Source of the DNA: Amphiscolops sp. MND2022
Lineage: Eukaryota
Length of the DNA stretch: 64,000 nucleotides
Direction: 5' to 3'
NCBI GenBank assembly: GCA_964187785.1
Contig: OZ076409.1
Location: 47,928,001-47,992,000, forward strand
A program made the translations under genes and the position numbers. This document shows, piece after piece, positions 36,058-49,800 of this stretch. The notes below the pieces were generated by a model. That model had not been told where the DNA came from. It searched no databases and saw only the letters and a program-made list of their open reading frames with translations. The stretch's first letter is position 1. The number at the start of each line of letters is the position of its first letter.

Positions 36058-39000
36058 TGTAGGATTTTTGACTTTTTCGCCTAAAAACATGATGTTTATT
36101 AAATTTTATGCCCTCAGCAAGGTAGTTGATCCGGGTGTGATATATATAAACGTTAAGATAACAGTAAGTACTTTAAGTACCTCGCCTTATTGTTTAATGT
36201 CAATAATATTGTATTCCTTCTCGTTGACAACCAAAATAACTATTCGTAGCTGCATTGAAGCGACCGCGCAACGTATTAATGCAGTAATACGGCCGCCACC
36301 ACTCAGACCTATGTAGGAAAATTCTAATCGAAAAAAAACTTTGACATCGAATTTCTCGGCAACTATTACTAATACAAGAAAAATTAAACCACCGAAAGGT
36401 TCCTGTTTTACCTGACTACGTGTTGAGTAAACATTTAAGAACTTTAAACCAGCGTATTCTCACAAAAATTGAACCTAAAGTCATCATTGACTGAGAATAG
36501 AAATTCAGCCAAATTGCTATGGTAATACATGTGTTTGAGGGTAAGCGAGAGTGAAAACTCCGCCGTGTGCGTGAACAGCATAGAATGCAACTAAGCTAAG
36601 CGTGTCAGAAAGCGAAAGGAATGAAATTAAGAACGCGCTGTGAGTGGCTGTACGCATAGCTAATAAGAAAACGGCCGCCGCACACTTTGGAATTATCCCC
36701 TCTCCTAATGCAAATTAAAAATCAAAACGCGATTTCTCGAAGACGGAAAAAGATATCAACAAACGGTTTTCAGCATTCAACAGCCCGTTCAAAGGAGAGC
36801 TTAAGTTGAGAATATGAGCCCCGTGCAATGACGAGAACATATTGGGGGGAAGCTTTGAAAATAAGTGCGTATAAATTTTGACGATTTTCCAAAAATGAGT
36901 TTCCTTTAAAACTTTCGTGTGATCGCTACAGTTGTCAAAAAATGTTCGGATATGGCCTAAATTAAAGATAAATGAAAGTCCTAACGTGTGTCAAATGGAA
37001 AATAAATAATACTCGGTAGTTTTTGAGAACTGATCCAGCAAACGTTAAAAACAGCCCTAAAACGGCCAAATCAGCTGTTTTTCGCATGTTATCGCTTAGT
37101 ACTCAACGTGTAAGCGCACAATAGCCGCCCCTTCACAGCGTATTTGAGAATGGAAGTGGAGGAATGAATAGAATAATAAATTGAGTGCTGCGGCGCGCTA
37201 GCGAAGAACCCCCAAGAATCTAAAGTTGTGATTTCTTTCTGCCGATAGGGATGTCGACCTACCAAAATGCTAACACCCTGCACGTTTTTGGCAATATCGA
37301 GCTGAAATTTTCAGGGTAGACGCACAAGATCTATGCGCACAGCGTTTAGCGTGAGCGTTTTTCCGAAAAATGCCCTGGTTTTGAGATATTGACCTCCAAA
37401 TTTGAAAGTCTAGACATAAAAATCGGGAAAATGACTACTTTCAGAAAAAATGCTATCAAATTTTGTTGAGAAAAGATAGAGACCTCATCTAAAGTGCAAA
37501 ATACTCCTAATGGCTTGGGCTAACGATGTTTATAGGCCCCCAGGCCCCCAGCCTGTATCTTTCGAATTGACTGAGTACGAGCCCTCCAAAGTTGAGAGTT
37601 TTGCAAATGTCAACACGTGTTTTTTTACTACCAAACTTTAAGGGCGTTTTTCACCGTGAAGGAAGTGAAATAGAAAGACAAAGAACATAACGTTTTTGTA
37701 GCCCTTGACTTGTACTTTCAAATGGTGTACTTGGTTTTAGCCCCCGGTGATCGGAACACCTCGTTTTTGCTCTTAGAATGCGTAACACGAAAATCGACTT
37801 TTCAGGACATAAAATAAATTCGCCTTTTAGGTCATTGTAAATTGTAGAGAATTATTTCCTTCAGCCAGATTTAGCTGGAGAGTGGAGAGAGTTGTCAGGA
37901 ACCGCGTGAGAAAAAGAGACCTGGCGACAAGTGCAAATGTCAATCATTAAACCGAAGTAAAGTCGTATCTGTAAAAGTGGGAAAAACTGAGTCAGTAACA
38001 CCTCCCCTTAAATTCTATTGAAAACGAAGTAAAACCATCAGTCATGATTGACAAGGAGGTGGAATTAGGACAGACTCGTGATGAAAAAACGTACTTCCGA
38101 CGAATCTGCAGTACCGAAGTAGGGAAAAATGGTTTGCTCAACACTTAGCCCCAAAAAGGAAAGAGGACAATCTACGAATCCGTAAATGACTAACTGCCGA
38201 AAAAATAACTTTGGCCGAAGTGTGCGCCATTTTTAAGCACACAAAGTGAGTTGAAATCAAACGAACGGTTTGCTGCTTTGTGTCCGATAATTGAAATATC
38301 GTACAAAGGCTGAGTGGCCTACGAATACACCGAACAGGCTGAGTGGCCTACGAATACACCGGTAGTTAGAAAACCCTACAGGCTGAGTGGCCTACGAATA
38401 CACCGAACAGGCTGAGTGGCCTACGAATACACCGGTAGTTAGAAAACCCTACACAGGCTGAGTGGCCTACGAATACACCGAACAGGCTGAGTGGCCTACG
38501 AATACACCGGTAGTTAGAAAAACCCTACACAGGCTGAGTGGCCTACGAATACACCGAACAGGATGAGTGGCCTACGAATACACCGAACAGGCTGAGTGGC
38601 CTACGAATACACCGAACTTTTACTTCCACTCCAAGACCGATAGAGAAGATTTGCGGCGAGTATTAATTTATTCTCGATATCATCTAAGATATCACACCTC
38701 ATCTTCAAGGATACCTACTACCCTGCTGAAACCCATAACTATTACTGTCTAGTGCCCTATGCATTCTAAATTTCTTCGTAGCTATCTCCGTATTTATCGA
38801 TGTTATAATATTATTTATTCTATTGTTCGTGGATGTGAACTTGTACTAGTGTCTATTAATCGTCTTATTTATGTGTTGCATGTTAATTGACTTTTAACTG
38901 CTCTTTTCATTCATGAAAAGACCCCCGGCGTTTTCAACAGCCTAAGAGTAGCGAGACAAACCCCAGGCAGAAGTTAAAATCTCAAAGATAGTCAAAGAAC

Positions 39001-39190
39001 GTGATTTCCTAGTCACACTTACTCCCACCGTCTTCAGCTGTATTGATTCGTCTTTGCATTTGAAGTTAAAAGAAATTTATGTAGATACTCAGCCATTTCT
39101 TGTCTCGTGATTGGTACCTACGGGTTTAATTGAGTGGTAGTGGAGCAATCTTACGTATTGTTAAAGCTACCGTTGTTCCAAAAATCTTCA
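36058..39190 (+). repeat. 3' LTR of element B (3133 bp)
   Basis: Repeat of 23631-26693; ends ...CTTCA followed by the TSD. Confidence 0.95.
38306..38617 (+). repeat. 29-bp minisatellite in the 3' LTR (9 units)
   Basis: Same unit as 25859-26123 with one extra extended unit. Confidence 0.93.
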
Positions 39191-40016
39191 GAAGTACCAC
39201 AAAAGTCCCAACGTTTGACAGTCTCATGCATTTTTAGTCGACGCATTGTAACAAAAGGAGCGCGACTGTTACAGTGATGGCAACTTTTTTTTTCGTCAGA
39301 TAACAATGTATGCGTAGTGGATACTTTTTACAGAAACTACTAAACTATTGGACTGGCCATGTTAGGTTCAGACGTTTTTAGTCGGCGCATTTCAGACGAA
39401 AATGTAGCAAGAAATCAAAACATTGATTGTATGATTCAGCCTTTCTCCTTCCGAGAGCTTTGCGCCCTCCAGATTGGCCATCGTCAAAACCAGCTACTGG
39501 AGTCAGCTGCGCTTCGCTCCTGCATTTAGGGCATGTTATCTTAACTAATATCAATTCTACTATTAGGGAGATTTCAATTTGGGAGATTTTTACTTGTTAC
39601 TTTCTTCGAAAGCAGAGGTTTGTTTTGTCTAATTAAACTAAAAGCCCATCGCCAGAAATTCAGACGCGTTCAGTGAATTTTATTAGGTTTTGGAACTCTT
39701 TGTAAAACTCAACAAATTGATAGTTTCGATGCATCTAACTAGAACAAAAAATAGTTTGAAAGTTTTTGTAGCTGCAGAAGTGCAACTGAGGTCCGAATTC
39801 AGATTGAATGTTCTTCATTGTGAAAGTCGTTTTTAGTCGGAAAGTTCGAACAATCTAAATCTAAAGTTCCTTTTTAAGGTTCCATTTTTTATTACAAGCC
39901 GGCAACAGAATAAGTCGGCGCTTAAAGCTCAAAATAGCAAAAAGCGTCAAGTATTCTCTTCCACAGTACACGAAAAGCAAGAATGGGACCTTTTTGGGCC
40001 TGAACTTTACGTTTAA

Positions 40017-40300
40017 ATTTACTTGGGATATAACGTCAAAAGTTCAAATTTAGCGTGCTGGGACAAATGTGAGCGCTTTTTTCGAACCTCAGCCTCCTTA
40101 GTGAAACGCACTTTACTCCGGATATACGTCAAAATTCGGATATAGCGCAATATTTTCAAGCCTCCGCCTTCTATTTAGTAGAACGCAATTTACTTCGGAT
40201 ATAACGTCAAAAGTTCGGATATAGCGTGCTGGGACAAATGAGAGCGCTTTTTTGAACTTCGGCCTCCTCCCTAGTAAAACACAATTAACTTCGGATAAAA
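40017..40300. repeat. Degenerate tandem repeat (~85-bp units)
   Basis: TTACT(T/C)(C/G)GGATATA(A)CGTCAAAA recurs at about 40019, 40112 and 40189, with a partial copy near 40286. Confidence 0.6.
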
Positions 40301-40834
40301 CCTGAAAAAATCACATCAGAAATATCAGAAACTGCAACTTTTGGTCTAAATGGACCATGGTACGATTTCGTACCAGTTAAATTCTGCAAACTTCTAAACG
40401 CACCAGCTGACCTTATAGCGAAGAAATATCTTGAATAGGATTTTCAGACGATTTCACATAGCATATGCTATTTTGCATAGCAATATTGCACGCCAGTTCA
40501 CGGAATATTGACATGATGTCTCCGAAATCATGAAAATGGGACCAAAAAGTCAGAAACAATTGAGCGCAGATTTTCCGTTTCTCCAGTTTCCGTTTCTAGC
40601 CCTTCTATCCCACTGGTATCAAGATAGGACTGTCCTGGTCCATTTAGGGTTAAAAAATTTTTAGAACTTTTTGTAGAACTTTTTTTGTGGAGATTTGTCA
40701 TTTCGTACGGATTGAAAAAAAGAGCTACTATTATAGTCGCGTTTCACTTCAAGAAGCGCCGACTAAAGAAGCGCCCGAATTTTGATTTTTAAACATTCTA
40801 TTTACTCTAAAAAAAATTTTCAAGTTCCATGCAT

Positions 40835-43800
40835 TTAAAAAATTTTTTTTCGAGCATACGTGACCTGCTGATGCATGTTAAGGGGATTCTGGGGGTTGCG
40901 GCTGCAGCAGCTCTGATGTCTGCAATGGTAAGACGGAGGCTGGCATCTCACCCCGGAACAGCTTCTGCCCCCCGTACTGTTCTGGTGCACGAAAGAAGAG
41001 TCGTAACCTCTACTGCCCGCACTTCCACCGTGGCATAGAGGGGACTGTTTGGCAGAAGACACTGACCTGTTGTATAGGCAAAAATAAGTTTTCAATCAAA
41101 CTGAATTTTTAAAGTTCTGAAAATTTAATAAAAGTCCTCTTAATACAAATGGAGATATACCCCAGTGGATTTTTAAAACGTTTCGGAAAATTTAGTTCTA
41201 GCCTTACCACTTGGTTGTGTTGAAGCTCTATGGTGTTTTGATTTTGTTTTGGGATGTGTTTTCTACAAGACATTTATACAGGACACTTTCTCCAAAATTT
41301 TTGAACGCGAGTTATTTGACATTAAAATTTCCTACCTGTTGTCACTGTACATGAAGCGATGATTAACTGCCCCTGCGGCTTTGTTTTTGGCGGGGGCCGA
41401 GTCCAGACATGTTTCGATAGAGCGTGACTTAGGGTAGGATATAACTGCGGGAGGTCTGGGGTGTTGCTGCATCTGGGGACGAGGGGGTCCCGGTGACTCA
41501 TCCTCCGAGTCGGAACCATCGTAATAGTCGTAGTGCTGCTTCATTTGGCACAGGGCGCAATATGAACATAAGCAGGCAATGCAGCAGTCACTCACCAGAT
41601 TACCTGCAATATTTTGTTTGCTGTTGAATTCGAAGTAATTGAAGTTTGAAGGTTTAATTCCGTTAGACAAACCGTTTCACAAAATGTCTTGTGAATTTTT
41701 TTTGAAAAAAAGAGACAGAAATGGGTATTACTGCTTTCATTGACTTTTGCCCTTGTGATCAAGCAAAAAAAGAAGAATTATGGCAAACTTTGTAGCACAT
41801 CCTCATAAACTTATATTTTACTTAAGTAAAATATAAGTTTATGAGGATGTGCTACAAAGTTTGCCATATTTCTTCTTTTTTTGCTTGATCACAAGGGCAA
41901 AAGTCAATGAAAGCAGTAATACCCATTTCTGTCTTTTTTCGAAAAAAAATCACAAGACATTTTGTGAAACGGTTTGTCTAACGGAATTAAACCTTCAAAC
42001 TTCTGGGAAGTGTGAGTGAGTCAAAATATTTTGTTGGTAAATGACATCAGAAAAATGTTTTCCAAGAACCATACTCCGTGAAAAACAACCATCACGTTTT
42101 ATGTGAACATGCACAGTAGATTGAAAGCTATAGGGTGTTTTTCGATGTTCGAATACTGTTTGACGAGCTATTCCTAAGTTCTAAAAAATATTCTAAAGAC
42201 AAACCAAAACCGGAGAGGGCTATATATTGTTGGAGAAGAAACTTGATTGGCGTGAAAATAAACAGCATTGGAACTTCAACTGATACATCCTAGCTGTTGT
42301 TGTTTTCTTTTAGAAAACGAAGCTAATATAAGTTTTTCACCTTCGATTTGATATTCGTTTCTGATCCTGGACCTCAGCTTGAATGCGAGATATAGTCGGA
42401 GCAGAAATAAAGCATATAAGAGTAGGTTGCAGATGAAGCCGTCGTTGAGGCCGATGTTGAACGAGTCGTGGTTCTCTTGCACGAGGAACAGTTGCACCAA
42501 CAACAGAGCGACAATGCCCAAGGCAGAGAACACAAATGACAGACCCACTCGCTGCAATCCAAAGTTCTGGCTGCAACATTAAAGATATGACGTGTTTTAG
42601 ATGAATTGATACAACAATCAAATTAATAACCCGGAATTTTAAATACAGCACCAATTAGGGACGCTGCATCTGAATCCTGTTAACTTTATTGACTGGCGGA
42701 TTAAGAAAGTTATACGAAAACTGCCAATTCTCAGAGTCATGTAGAATTTTCTAATCTTTAGAACCCAGAAATCATCGAAACAGAGCACGAGTAATTGGTT
42801 AAGGTAGACCAAACAAGCTCCGAGAGCCTAACGTCTTAAAAATCCTGCAAGATCTTGGAACTTTTCTTGGATTTCTTCAAAAATCTTGACCAGGTCTTGA
42901 CAGGTTATTAAAGATGTGATACACTGGCATATAACATTTCGGCTATAATGTTTTTCAGCACAGTAATTTTTTTTCCGAAAAAAAGTATTTCAGCAGAAGT
43001 CAATCGATTTCTTGGAATTTTCAGACGAATTTGAAACCATTATTGGCCCTAAGGGCTCTCTTTTTTGAGTGCTTCGGCATTCTGGGATTTCTGGATAACC
43101 ACTTTTCGAGCCTAACAGGACGCCGACTTTGAGCTGTCCTCGGCTTATTTACTTTGGTAAAATATTTAAACTCAATGGTGTTGCAATGCTTGTGTTTTTA
43201 CCTGAGAATGAATTCTGTGATGCAAGGAAAGAAACCAGTGATGATGCACCATTTGGTGTCACTGAAGCACTCCCATAATTGGAAGCCCCAAGTCAGCACT
43301 GGTTGAACCTCCGGACCCTCTGGACCTCCCATTGGCCCTCCACCGACTCCAGTCAAACTCTTTTGCTCCTCAGCTGCACCAACTGCTGCATCTGTGACGT
43401 CATCGACTTCACTGGTTTTGCTTCTCCTGATGCTATCGTGTCTCAGACTGTTGAAGATAACGTCACTTTTGGAAGATTTATTTTAGTTATTACACAAATT
43501 CCGATTCATTAGGCTGAGGTGGGCATTTTTTACAAAGACTTTTCTAGTGCGGATCCTAAAATGATCCCAAATATCGGATCGAGAGCAGCCATTAAAACTA
43601 AAACCGGAAGCACGAACGATTTTTATATAGCGGCATTGAATCAACTGGAGACTAAATTATTACAATTTTGAACAAAAAACACTACTGTTACGAATTATGC
43701 TATGATCTTCGTTTTGGGTAGAGTTAATTCGCACTGTTTTCGTCGGAGTATAGAGGTTTCTCGTTTCATTTTCTAGTTCTTCTGATACCTGATCCCTTAC

Positions 43801-46800
43801 GTTTTCTTTTGTTTCAGATCTCAAGAGTTTCAACATTTCCTTTTGGGACTCGAGCAAAAGAGCCCTAATCTCGGACGTTATTTCTTCCTTCAGAGAGGAC
43901 CTTATGCTTTCCAAGAAACTAGTTTCTACTCTTGGGGACTTGGGTCTCGAGGGGCCCGCTAATTCTACGTTTTGATCTAAAGGATAAGAATTCTCCATAT
44001 TTATTGGCGATACAAAGCCTTCACTTACGTTATCATCAGCTTCTCGCTGGGTATTCTTTCTCTTTTGGCTTCGTGTTGTAGACATGTTGTTGAAGAAAGA
44101 TTTATTCTTGAAGAATTCAATTTTCACTTTCTGATTTTCAACAGAGTTAGAAGAATGAGAGTAGTTTGAGAACAGCGAGTTTGAAACAACTAAGTTGTAG
44201 CACTAGCAAAAGACTGAGTCCCTTAATCATCAAATCCTCTCATATTTATACCCTCCCAGCATCATTTGATCACGACTATAATCCCTAATTTTCCTCGAAC
44301 AATTAGTCATTTCCTGTTTTATCGATGAAAAATCACAAAGTTCCCAAATTTGCGTCAATATTCCGTCAATTTTTAAGACACGACAATTTTAATTTGGCGT
44401 TAGTCATCAAACACGATCATATCATTTCATCCCGGCGTCCTTTTGCTTCCTCCCAAGCAGGAAGTAGATATTACTTCAGTCTGTCAAACCGGAAATGCTT
44501 CCCTGTTTTACTGCTTTGGTTCGCGGGAAATTGACGCTGAGATGACGCTGACGTGAACAACAAATACTTGATTTTGAAATTCGGAATGATCAAAATGCTA
44601 TGACTAATTCCAAAGCGTAATTATTTGAACGATGCTAAGACGATGGTTTATGAATTTGGACTCATCCTTTCGTTGGAAATAGAATTAAAAATATGGTATT
44701 AAAATAATACACCATTAGTAAATTTGTCAAGTCGTGACAACTGCGACAAGTTTTACAAAATTAACAGCAACGTTTGTTAAACAGCAACGACAACGCAACG
44801 CATTTAATGGATAGCAACAAATGAATTAGTATGAAAAATATGATCTTGGTCATAAATATAGCGTTCAATATCGCAGAGTACAAAATGCGAAGTATATGAA
44901 AATACATTTTCAGTACAAAATATACTTTAGTTGAATGCATAAACTGTGACTTTCTGATTACTTTACTATGAATTCTCATAGAGGAAGAAATAGTTTATAT
45001 AAGGGAATTTCCTTGTTCATGAAAAATGCAAGACGAATCAATTAACGTGGATTTGAACTATCCTATATGTGTCAAAGCTGCTTTATGTTGGTGCCTTATG
45101 TTATAGGAATGTCGCATCTACACTTATTTTACGAATTGAAATAGCCTGCAATCATTTTCTTTTAGCATAATAGCAACTTTAGTGCGATGAAACCTTAACT
45201 GATCTTGCAAATTCATCCATTTTGCTCAATCTCATAAACTTGGCAGCGTCGTGTTGACGAGTTTTCTTGGTAGAATAGAGATTTTGACTAGTTTGACGCA
45301 ATGCTGACGAGTATTTTAGAAATGAGTCTCTCGCTAGCTGCCGGAGCACTGACGTCACAGTGGCGGTAAATTGGAATGATTTCTAGCAATGCTATTAGTA
45401 TAGGCGGATAATTGGAATGATTTGCTGGTACGCGTATGCGAGGCAGTGACGTCAATTGGTATACCTTCAAACTTGTCTGCGTCTTACTGACGACAAATAT
45501 ACATGTATTCTTATTTTCCCCGCTGCCTTGTTTACTCAGCGTGATATTAACGTCCTAAACTACACTAATTGCTGTTCAAAACGCAATTAAGCTGTCTTTC
45601 TGAGAAAAGGCTTAATTCTATCGGTGTGTCATCTCAGAGTATTTTTCATTTTAGATCTGATTGATGTTCTTTTGGGAGATGATTTTAATTATGTTTTCAT
45701 TTAGATTGGGCTATGGTTACCTTATTTTGAAGCGTGTTTTAATTTAGTTTTCAGGTGACGAATGTTATTGATTTGACGTGGCAAAAGCGTCTCAACCGGA
45801 AATGTAAAAATCATTTTAGCGCGCTCATTCTTTGTAATTAGATTCATTTGAAATTCCCGTTGACCGGACGTATTTTTGTTTTCTTAGTCACAGTTTATTT
45901 GTTAGTTTTAATAGTTAAAGTAAGTCTTTTCGAACCTTGCGGTGCAGCCGTGGCCTTTCCCGAAGCCAACTCTTAAACACTCACAACCCAGTCCGGGAGC
46001 GGACTGTGACAGGGCCACTGTCATCGGTCTTATCGTCCTCCCTGGGAACCTCGGCTGGTAGAAAGGGTATTGTAGTTCGTAGACATTAGAGTCAACTGCT
46101 TTGTCCCTGGATGGAGGCATTACCGCCGGGCCCCTTTCTTCATCTAGATCGTTTAGAGATTCTTTTCCCTGCTCTCCCCAAACTCTCAGAGGGCCGCGGG
46201 GGGAATTAAAATAGGAGCGTGCATCATCCTCCGTTGCTTGTCTTATGAATTCAGCGACTTTACTGCTAGTCATGGAGGACATTTCTTCTTCGCAAGGTTT
46301 CTCTACTACAAACACGTCTGAGTTCAACGAGGGGTCAGGGCTTTCTGGCGTGTCCGCAATTTCCTCTTCGCTTTCTGACTGAGGGTATTGTCCCGATTCA
46401 TTTGTTTCAAAACTCGTGTAAGATTCACTGAGCTTCATTCTCTTACACTCGGTTTCTAGCGAATTTAAGGAGAGGTCTAGAAATTCTTCTTCATCTGCTG
46501 TGGCTTCTGCTGACGAGTTTAATATCTCCACTATTATTTTTGGGTATTTCTCGTTATTTTTTGGCAGAGGGGTAGAGGATCTTGTGATTTCTCCATCTTC
46601 TTCACTTGACGACGAGATGTCGATTAGTTCATATATGTCCATTAAATTGCTCATCTTCTTTGTTTGACTTTTCTTCTGTGACTGTTGATCGTATTTTAAT
46701 AGTTCCACAATGAATTTCAGCTTAATTAGGAATAAGGAAGGTATTGGAATAATCCCTCCATTTTGATTGACTGTTCAATCATTTTAATCCTTTTTAATCT

Positions 46801-49800
46801 TCAGATGTTGACGTTATGTCGACATCGTATTTTATCGGCTGTAAATTGAAATAATTTACTTGGCCAAATTTGTCAACGTTATGCTGACGTCATTTTCGTT
46901 AGTTTAGCTAACTTTTGATTTTGTCACCGTTTTGATGACGTCATTTTAGGATATAGGATTAATTTCTTAACCCTGATAACCTTTTTGTCGACGTTATGCC
47001 GACGTCAATTTCGTTGGTAATTAGCCAACTTTTATTTTTGTCACCGTTATGATGACTTCGATTTGGTCGTTGTTTTTGTTTCTCCTCCTTTTCAGATTGC
47101 TGTTGAAAGAAAAAAAATGATGTCGTCTCGTCGAGTTGAATCTGGTTTCCAGAGTGGCCACGAGACGCAGTTTGTCTTCTCCGACGGAGACATTCAGGAA
47201 AGTGATGTTGATCCCCGCAGTCGACCAGCCCTTGGTAAATCTTTATCTCGCTTTCCATTAAGTTTTTGCGAAATATACTTTCAACAGTTAGGCATTTCCT
47301 GTTTTGTATTTTCACAGCTTAGATTTTCTGACGCGTCAAATTTTGGGAAATGTTGTTTCAGGGTCTGTTCTACCTGGTTCTCTTGCTGGGGATCCTGTGG
47401 TTCTTCCCGGACTTTCCTTGCCCACTGGTCTCGCTGCTGTCGGACCTGTAAATTCCTCTGTTCCTGACGTTCCTGTTGGAGGTGCTGTGCCTGCTATTGG
47501 CGAAGTTTCTGTCCCTTGTCAGGAGGATCTTGACATTCCATTGTCGAAGTTGATTCCTCTGTCCGCTCGTCCTCATGTAGGTGAGGGTGATCCCCCCACT
47601 GAGAAAGAGAAAACCACTACTGGGCAAACTCCTAAAACTGTTGGCTCGGAGGTGCATAAAACGCCTTCACCGCGGTTTTCGTCTTTCCTCACTGAATGTC
47701 GAGAGAATCCTGAAGAGCAGGCGGAGGGTCCACTGGGTGAGTAACTTTTTCCTTGCTTTTGTTTTTCTTTTTTTTTGTTCGAGACTTGTGAGATTTGTGT
47801 CTTGGTATTACTGGGTTTGTCATGTTTGTGGTCATAAATATTGGGTGACTTGTGTATAGGTTCAGCGTTAGTTCGTGGTGAGGAACCCTGTACACAGAGC
47901 TCATCGCGGTGTCTGCGTACCCGAAGTCATGATAAGGTTCCTGTTGTAAAGGCAGCTTCACGAGTTCTGCGATTTGAGCTGGATAGTAGTGACAGTGATG
48001 CTACTGACACACCAGCTTTGCCGTGTACTCCCCGACAGGCACTGAGGCTGGGCGAAATATTGGCCTCTGAATTGGAACATCGGACGATGGAACCTCTTGT
48101 CACCCGTTAGTGTACTTTGTGCTTGTAGCGTAGTGTAGTGGGGGGGGGGGGTTTGATAATATCCGTTTGGTAGTTGCATGTTGGTTAGCGTTATATTATA
48201 GGTGTGTGCACTTTCCACGGTTCCAGGAACTTGTGGCGCGGGTGGAGACGAGTTTGGAAGGAGTTCCGGGTCCACAGCGTCAGCGCAAACGGGTATATAG
48301 TCCCCGTAATCGTCTTCGCCGCGACATGGTTGGTGACAACCCCATTTATCAGCTATTTGTCAGTGGTTCAAGTACAGGGTCAGACAAGTTGTTCTTTTGC
48401 AAAATTTGTCATCGGGATGTGTCGATGGAGTCACGTGGGGCATCAGAGTTCGCCCGCCATTTCTTTGGTAAGCGTCATTGGCAATTGGACATGACGTATC
48501 GTGTGCAACATGACCTCCCTGTCTTCAATCGTCTTATGGACCCTCTGGAGTTAAATGAGACTCAAGTTGCTGATTTCATGGGTCGTCCAAGCAAGGGGTT
48601 GGCTGAAGGTTTCAGTTTCTCCGAAGATCTTCTTCCTGCCTGTACCCGCGTGGACTCATCCGTTCCGCTGATGACTATGATCAATAGTGTCTTGGAACTG
48701 TTTCGTTGTGGGGGGAGCTATACCCTGTTGAGGAAGTTGTGGGGAAGTTTCCGAGCTACTCTGGGTCCTGAAGTACCCTTGTTCAGCCTGAAATGGGACC
48801 GAGCCGAGACTTTGGTAAGATGTTTTATGCATTTTATAACTTTCGTGTATACTTGTGTTCATGGTTCTGTGGTTGTGGTAGGGGCATTTATTCCTATTGC
48901 TTTGAAGATCTTGTGATGTTTTAGTCGTTGATTTGTCAAGCCTTGTTTCCTCGAGTGTTGGGGTTACTTGTGTCTCGGATCTCATCTTTCCGGGAGTATA
49001 GTGTCTTCTTCCTTGAGAATGCTGCAACCCAGGCGTGTTTTGTCCATACTTGGGATGATGATGCCTTGTTCTCTGTGTGTATCCGTGTGGAGTCTGCTGG
49101 TCAACGTGTACCTACTGCCGAGTTGGCCGGGCTGTCCCGTGTTATTGACAGTGTGCCTTCTTGTCAACTGCCTCTGTCGTGTCAAGGCGGTAGTGCATCG
49201 TTGTTGCGTGTTTTGAACGACAATCGCATCGATGGGCGACAGTTTCTGTATTGTCGTGAATTCACTGATGATGATTTCCTGCGCGGGTATCGCCAGGCGG
49301 AGCGAGAGATCTTCGGCAAGCTTGATGTCACTTCCATGATCGATTTATTGGTGTTGCGCTTGCGAGGTGCTCTTCAGGAGTCATGGATGGAAGAAACACC
49401 CACTCTTCGTCGCTGTGTACTTGCTGGTCGCGTGACATTTGCACATTTGTGTCTAGTGGCAACAGAGCTTGTGGCCCACTGGAAGATTGTGCGAGAGTTT
49501 GTGCGATTTACGGGTCCTGGACAGGCTAGATGTGAAGTCGATAAGGTAAGTTCTTCTTGACTTGTTATGAGAGTAAGAAGTGAGAACATGATCTTCATGG
49601 TTTGTCTTGTTGGTTCGGATAGTAGGGGGTGTTTCATATTTTGTATTGACGTACATTTAGGATTTTGTTTATTTGTAGATGCGAGGATTGGACTGGCTGG
49701 TGAGCAGTGACACTACAAGCGTTTTGCGGCTCGGCCTTCTTTGTCACGTACTTGATCTCTGTGAGTTTCACCTTATCTGCGTTTTGTCAAACATTTAATG

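Larger units (their letters stand above)
23631..39190 (+). mobile_element. Env-bearing Ty3/Gypsy (errantivirus-like) element B, 15.6 kb, decayed
   Basis: LTRs 23631-26693 and 36058-39190; TSD GAAGT at 23626-23630 and 39191-39195; PBS, PPT and gag-pol-env order; several stops and frameshifts. Confidence 0.96.
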
